Assembly: GCF_038025025.1 (NCBI RefSeq)
Contig: NW_027117342.1
Span: forward strand, 2,232,001-2,296,000
Length of the DNA: 64,000 nt
Direction: 5' to 3'
Origin: Phyllosticta citribraziliensis
Taxonomy: Eukaryota
A program made the translations under genes and the position numbers. Numbering within the stretch: position 1 is the first letter of the stretch; each line of letters opens with the position of its first letter. The notes beneath the pieces are model-generated. The model saw only the letters and a program-made list of their open reading frames with translations, was not told the DNA's origin and did no database searches. Below, piece after piece: positions 58,884-64,000 of this stretch.

Positions 58884-61800
58884 ATGTCTTTCTTCGGTGG
58901 AATCGGCAACAACAAGCCGATGTTCGGCTTGGGCGCCAGCTCGCAACCCGGTGGAGCTTCTGCAACCCCAGCGCCGCAAACCAACAATCTCTTCGGCGGA
59001 CTTGGACAACAGTCGACAGCTCCGGGCGCAACGGGACTCTCTGCACCACCTTCGACCAACCCGCTCCAGCAAACAGCGACCACCCAGCCCGCTGGCCTAC
59101 AGGCAAACACACAACAACCCGGACAGGCTCCGCAGCAGGGCGGTCCACTCGGTCAGTCGCAAGCTCCTGGAGGCCAAACTGCATACTTCGACCACCTTTT
59201 GGAAAGAAGTAGGAAAAGGGCGGCACAGGACAATGGCTTGTCGTCAACATTTGGTGATTTGCCAAGCTTGCAGCTCGGCCTCGGGGACATTGCGAGGAAA
59301 GTGAGGAACCTGGGCCAAGGAGGACCTTCGGCACCGGTAACTCAGGATAGTAGAGCGTGAGTGGGTAACTAGCCTCTTGAACTTTGGTCTAATGCTTGTT
59401 CTAGACATTACTTGCTCGCTGCCTCTGGCGTCAACACCACGGCTGCGCTGCGCGACCTTAACCAATTCAGCGCCACGGCCGGCGTTGGCGCAGCGGTGCC
59501 TCCTCCCAGCTCTACTGATGTAGATATCGATGCCTACATCTCTGGCCTTCACTCCCGCTCGACGCTAGCAATGATATCCGAGGGTCTCGAGCAATCCAAG
59601 CGGGACTTTGACAATTTCCTCGAGGACAACATCCAACTGGAGTGGGACTCGCAGCGCAAAAAGATTTACGAACATTTTGGCCTTGGACGCCAAGTTGAGA
59701 ACCAAGAGGCAAACGTCAGTGGCCCGAGAGAATCAGTTGCACGGGGTGCGTTTGGCCGTTCGCGTCGCAAAGGCCGCGGGCTTGGTGCCTCTACCAGCCT
59801 TGCTGGTGGTGCTTTTGGTGCTTCTGCCATGAGCAGGTCAGTCATTGGAAATCCCGCAACAGCCAATGGAAGGACCAATGGCTTCACCGATAGCCGCGCT
59901 GGTGTGGCGTCACCCGCGCCTGAAAATCGGTTCATGAGGGACAAGCAAGAAAAGTACGCAGCCAAGGTCAAGGAGCTTAATGTGAGGCGCCTGGAAGAGA
60001 CTCGCTACACCGTCTTGGCGCACTTTGCGGAGGTCGAAAAGCAGTCGGGGACTGATGTAAGTTGGACTTACCCCTCACATGCACATTCGTGGTAATAATC
60101 TTTGGCACAGAACTCAGGTCGCCTAGAAGATGCATACCAAGCCCTTATCGAAATCACGGGCGAGAAGTCGGCTTACGAGACGCCTCCTGAAATTCCAGTG
60201 CGGGAGCGCCAATTCGCCGCCGAATATCTGGACGAGAACTCTTCTTCTGCGGGAAGCACAACAATCCGGAAGCGCATTCTGGATGGATCACGAAGATTTT
60301 TGGAAAAGAAGTTCCTAGCCGAAGTCAAGGAAAACAACATCAAGAACCCCGTCGAAAGTCGGGTTGGAGGCCAGCCCACGGACTGTAGCCAGATTCGCGG
60401 TCACATCAGACTGCTTTCTGCTCGCCGCGAGCTCGCAGCTGACAATGTTGAGTTGCAGACCTTGGGTGAAGACCACTGCTGGGCTCTCATTTTCTACTTG
60501 CTTCGCGCTGGCCTCGTCCAGGATGCCGTGCAATATGTCCAGGAGAATGAGCGGGCCATCAGGAGCATGGATAGAAATTTCCCGTCGTATCTGATCGCCT
60601 ATGCAAGAAGCGACGACCGGCGCTTGCCCCCGGAGCTTCAGGCGAGGATCAGCGCCGAGTATCAACAACGTACACGCATTGCCCCAGAGAACTCGCTGGA
60701 CCCTTACCGCATGGCCTGCTACAAGGTCGTGGGACGCTGCGAGCTGAGTAGGACCAGCTTGGAAGGCATCGGGAAGGGCATGGAAGACTGGGCTTGGTTG
60801 CAGTTCAGCCTTGCGCGCGAGATAAACCGGACCGAGGAGCAGGCCAGCGAGACCTTTACGTTGGAGAATATTCGGTCGACCGTGTCTGACATTACCCAGC
60901 GGCACTTCCAGGGACCTGAGGCCAGCAGCCAGTACGGAGTCTGCTTCATGTTGCATATCCTTGCGGGCACATTTGAGGAAGGTGTCAATTTCCTCTACCG
61001 GCATACCTACACGGCGGCGGTGCACTTTGCGATTTCTCTGGCATTCTACGGTCTTTTGCGCGTATCGGACTTTTCGACAGCCGGCAACGAGATTCTCACG
61101 TTCAGCACCCGCCAAAAGCCACAGATCAACTTTTGCTACATGGTGGGCTACTACACGCGCGACTTCCGCGATGCGAAACCCGACATCGCGGCTGAATATC
61201 TCGTTCTCCTTCATCTCAACTCGGACCTCGAAGGACCTCTGGGTCGGTCTCAGGCTGAGTGCTGTCATGAGGCTCTGCGCGAGCTTGTTCTTCAAACACG
61301 CGACTTTGCCGGGCTGCTGGGCGACCTCCGCCCCGACGGTAACCGCATACCCGGCGCCATCCAGGAGCGCTTGCGCCTCATTGGACTGACGGAGCAAGAG
61401 GAATTCCTCAAGAACATCACGCTGCAAGCCGCAACAGTGGCCGACGAGACGGGCCGCATCACAGACGCCGTGCTGCTGTACTACCTGGCCGAAGACCACG
61501 ACGCCGTCATCACCATCATCAACCGCGCCCTCTCCGACGCCATTGCTGTCGACCTGAATTCACGACCGGCCAGAATTGAACCGCTCAGGCCCCGCGATGC
61601 CGCGACCGATGGCATGCAGTCGTCGTCCCTCTCGCTGGCCGCAATCGACAACCCCGTCGACCTCGCTTCCAAGATCATGAACCTGTACCGGAGCAACGCA
61701 CCCATGTACGCACGAGTGGCGCCGCGCAACCGCGAAGCGCTGGCTTCCCTCCTCCAAATTGCGCAGGCCAAACCGCTGGTCGAGTCGGGACGCTGGGCCG

Positions 61801-62135
61801 AAGCCCTCGACGCGATCCACGCGACGGGCCTCCTCCCGACGGGCGCCAAAGGCGACGTGGCGGCCATTCGACACCAGGCCCAGTCGTTCAACGGCATCAC
61901 GCCCGTCGTCAGCCGCGTCGTGGGCAACCTGCTCATGTGGACCGTCACGTGCTGCGCAGAGCGCCGGGCGCAGCTGCTCAACCGCGGGTTCGAGGCACAG
62001 GCGGGCCGCATGGTCATCGAGCAGCTCGAGGCGCTGGCAAGGGACTTGTTGGTGTTTGCGGGTCTTGTTAGGTACAAACTGCCGCCGCGCGTTTTCGAGG
62101 CGTTGGCGAGGGCTGGCCAGGACGTTGGTGCATAG
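58884..62135 (+). CDS. NIC96: Nucleoporin Nic96/Nup93; exons 58884-59356, 59405-60056, 60111-62135
   Basis: LPSLQLGLGDIARKVRNLG, RA|HYLLAASGV, DFDNFLEDNIQLEW, WALIFYLLRAG, DPYRMACYKVVGRC, EDWAWLQF, FAGLVRYKLP. Confidence 0.95.
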
Positions 62136-64000
62136 AGTGCTTGTGGTTGTAGATAGCGTTTGATGGAGGCTTGTTGAGCATGACATGGAAGGGGTACGAG
62201 TGCATGTTGGCAATCAGAGTGGATGGGAGGCGTTACTGTAGACGGCGAAGCTGTGGCTGGCGCCCTGATGCATCCATGCATGAGCAGTTCATACTTGAAG
62301 ATGGGGAGAAGGTACAGGATTAATAGCGCTTTTTTCTTTCTTTTCGTTCTTCTCTTCTGCAGACTTTGGTAGCATTAAAAGTTGGTTCGCTCTGAGAGGA
62401 GTGTCAATGCTGCGTTCGGTGTAGACAACATCATTTCCTTGTCTCTATGTATATGTACAATCACCTGTCTAGACTCCTAATAGACGTATACTGCGAGAAG
62501 AAACAAACCGAGATTTTTCAACAACATCCTGCTCTCCTGGACCTTGAATGATGGGAGCATGTTGGCATCGACGGATTCTGAAATCGAGAGCCGGCACGAT
62601 GCACCAACGACGAAGGTCTCGCTACACCATCCGTCTCCCTCTGAGCCGGCCAACGCACATATTTGCCTCTTGCATGCCTCGGTACATCGTCAGTATGCTA
62701 CCTTGTAGTATGAATCTTGCAACGTGACGATGCGACAAGGTAGCCGACATAGAGTGGATGATGGTGTAAATTGACGATTGCCTCAAGTGTTTGTTTTACC
62801 TCACCCGGGCAGGAAGTAGAACGATGACGACACTCCTCATACGTACAGTAGCACAGCAGAGCGTCGACAGGCCGAGAAGAGACGAAACGAAACCAGACCA
62901 CACGATGCCATGCCTCAAGCAAACGCTACAGCCGTCACAGCAACGGCAACAGTTCAGCAGGAGGCTAGGTAGGTCGCCAGCAAACAAATGGGAGGTCAAA
63001 CAGCCGCGGCACATCGACGGTGTGCACAGCGCGGAGCAATCGAGAGTGTTATCGAGCAAGCGCGGCACGGTTAAGTACCAAGTACATAGGAGCGAGGTAG
63101 AAGGCAGAAGATCGCAAACACACAACTCAACGACGGCGGGAAGTAAACCTACTTTTTTGTCGACTTGTTGTAACGAGCAGCAGTGGCAGATCGTGGGACA
63201 GGTGTGTTCCCGCCCTCCTGTGTTGTACTCGGACGGGATGAGTGAACGGCTGGGCGGCGGGGCGGGGCGGGCGGAGCTGCTGGTCCGTTTCCGTCCCTAG
63301 TTGCCTGCCCTTCTGCCCGTCTGTGACTTTGTGACGCCATCATGCATTACCCATTGTACATTGTGCACAGTCGGACGGCTGGGCGGAGTTGTGTTGTGTT
63401 GTACTAGTTGTGCTGAGTCGTCCCAAGTAAGCAAGCAAGCAGGCAATCAATGTCATCATGGCCGTCAGCGGCGCTTGTACGGCACGGGAGACTTCGGCTG
63501 CTATTTCTCCTACCTGCTCGTCGCGATATGGCTTGCCAAAGGCTTGCACTAAGTGCGGGTGTTTTGCGTTGGCTTGAGGCTAGCTACGTGACTAGCTGTA
63601 GGGCTGGACAGGGCAGATGTCAGAAACAAAGAAAGCGAGAGAAACGAGGGATGTCGATTTTCCGCACACCGTGCGCTCTGCAGTAGCAGCACACTTCAGC
63701 GCCATCTATCGCCGAAGAGAGTGATATGATCCTTACATGTACTGGCTGGGTGAGGAAATGGAAGCCTGCGTAGAAGCAACATACAGTAAGCGAGCCAACT
63801 CAGCAACGGCGGCCGAGCCCCACGACCCACTACCACCACCGTCTCGTCTCCACAACCGCCTTTCCCGCACAGTGGCTGCCAGCGCCGCGTGTGGTCATGT
63901 TGGTAAGGGGAGAGGGAGGCCTGTGGTGAGGCTGGCCTGATCTGATCTGCACGCCACGAGGCGGGCGCTAAATCGAGCTAAGGCTTGAGCTCCCGCAAGC

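Noticed and set aside
58884..59010. FG-like motifs at the Nic96 N-terminus (FFGG, MFG, LFGG)
   Set aside because: Only a few motifs, and to my recollection such N-terminal extensions are common in filamentous-ascomycete Nic96.
60315..61499. Long antisense ORFs over NIC96 (and similarly over GatA, XPT1 and the 1396-2412 ORF)
   Set aside because: Expected shadows of GC3-biased coding strands.
62136..64000. Short ORFs and a near C/D-box motif (ATGATGG...CTGA ~62548-62581) at the window end
   Set aside because: No coding bias, imperfect C box and too short for a snoRNA; treated as intergenic/UTR.
1..64000. Transposons, rRNA, CRISPR arrays, TPP riboswitch, secondary-metabolite cluster, RIP-degraded AT-rich blocks
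   Set aside because: No transposase/RT motifs, terminal repeats, spacer arrays, TPP consensus, PKS/NRPS domains or AT-rich islands seen by eye; an Rfam/RepeatMasker scan would be needed to exclude small elements.

Overview
Gene-dense eukaryotic DNA from a filamentous ascomycete fungus. This is inferred from short spliceosomal introns with CTRAC-type branch points and from recognisable Pezizomycotina-type housekeeping proteins; the exact taxon cannot be determined from the sequence. About 28 protein-coding genes were reconstructed by hand by joining exons. They include Tho1/SAP, a large methyltransferase-like protein, GatA, an Sfl1-type HSF, an F-box protein, HPT/XPT, PDB1, ERG6, SLT11, MZM1, Lunapark, TRF4/5, PAM16, a Pex30-like peroxin, anoctamin, a metallophosphoesterase, a CFEM protein, NAPE-PLD, a Med27-like protein and NIC96, plus several orphans. 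No tRNA, rRNA, transposon or CRISPR array was recognised. The best hidden signal is absent from the ORF track: two intron-split, convergently transcribed metallothionein-like microgenes (24 aa MNPCNCQTCSHNGGQCSGCSCCKH at 43636-43929 +, and 23 aa MSPDHSCSCGSSCACGTSCTCGK at 45064-44830 -). Other points of interest are three GC-AG introns, a 445-nt first intron with hairpins and a repeat in the purine-salvage gene, a CFEM domain lacking one whole disulfide pair, several stop-free in-frame introns, and a perfect 18-bp coding tandem repeat. All homology calls are from recalled motifs, not database searches.
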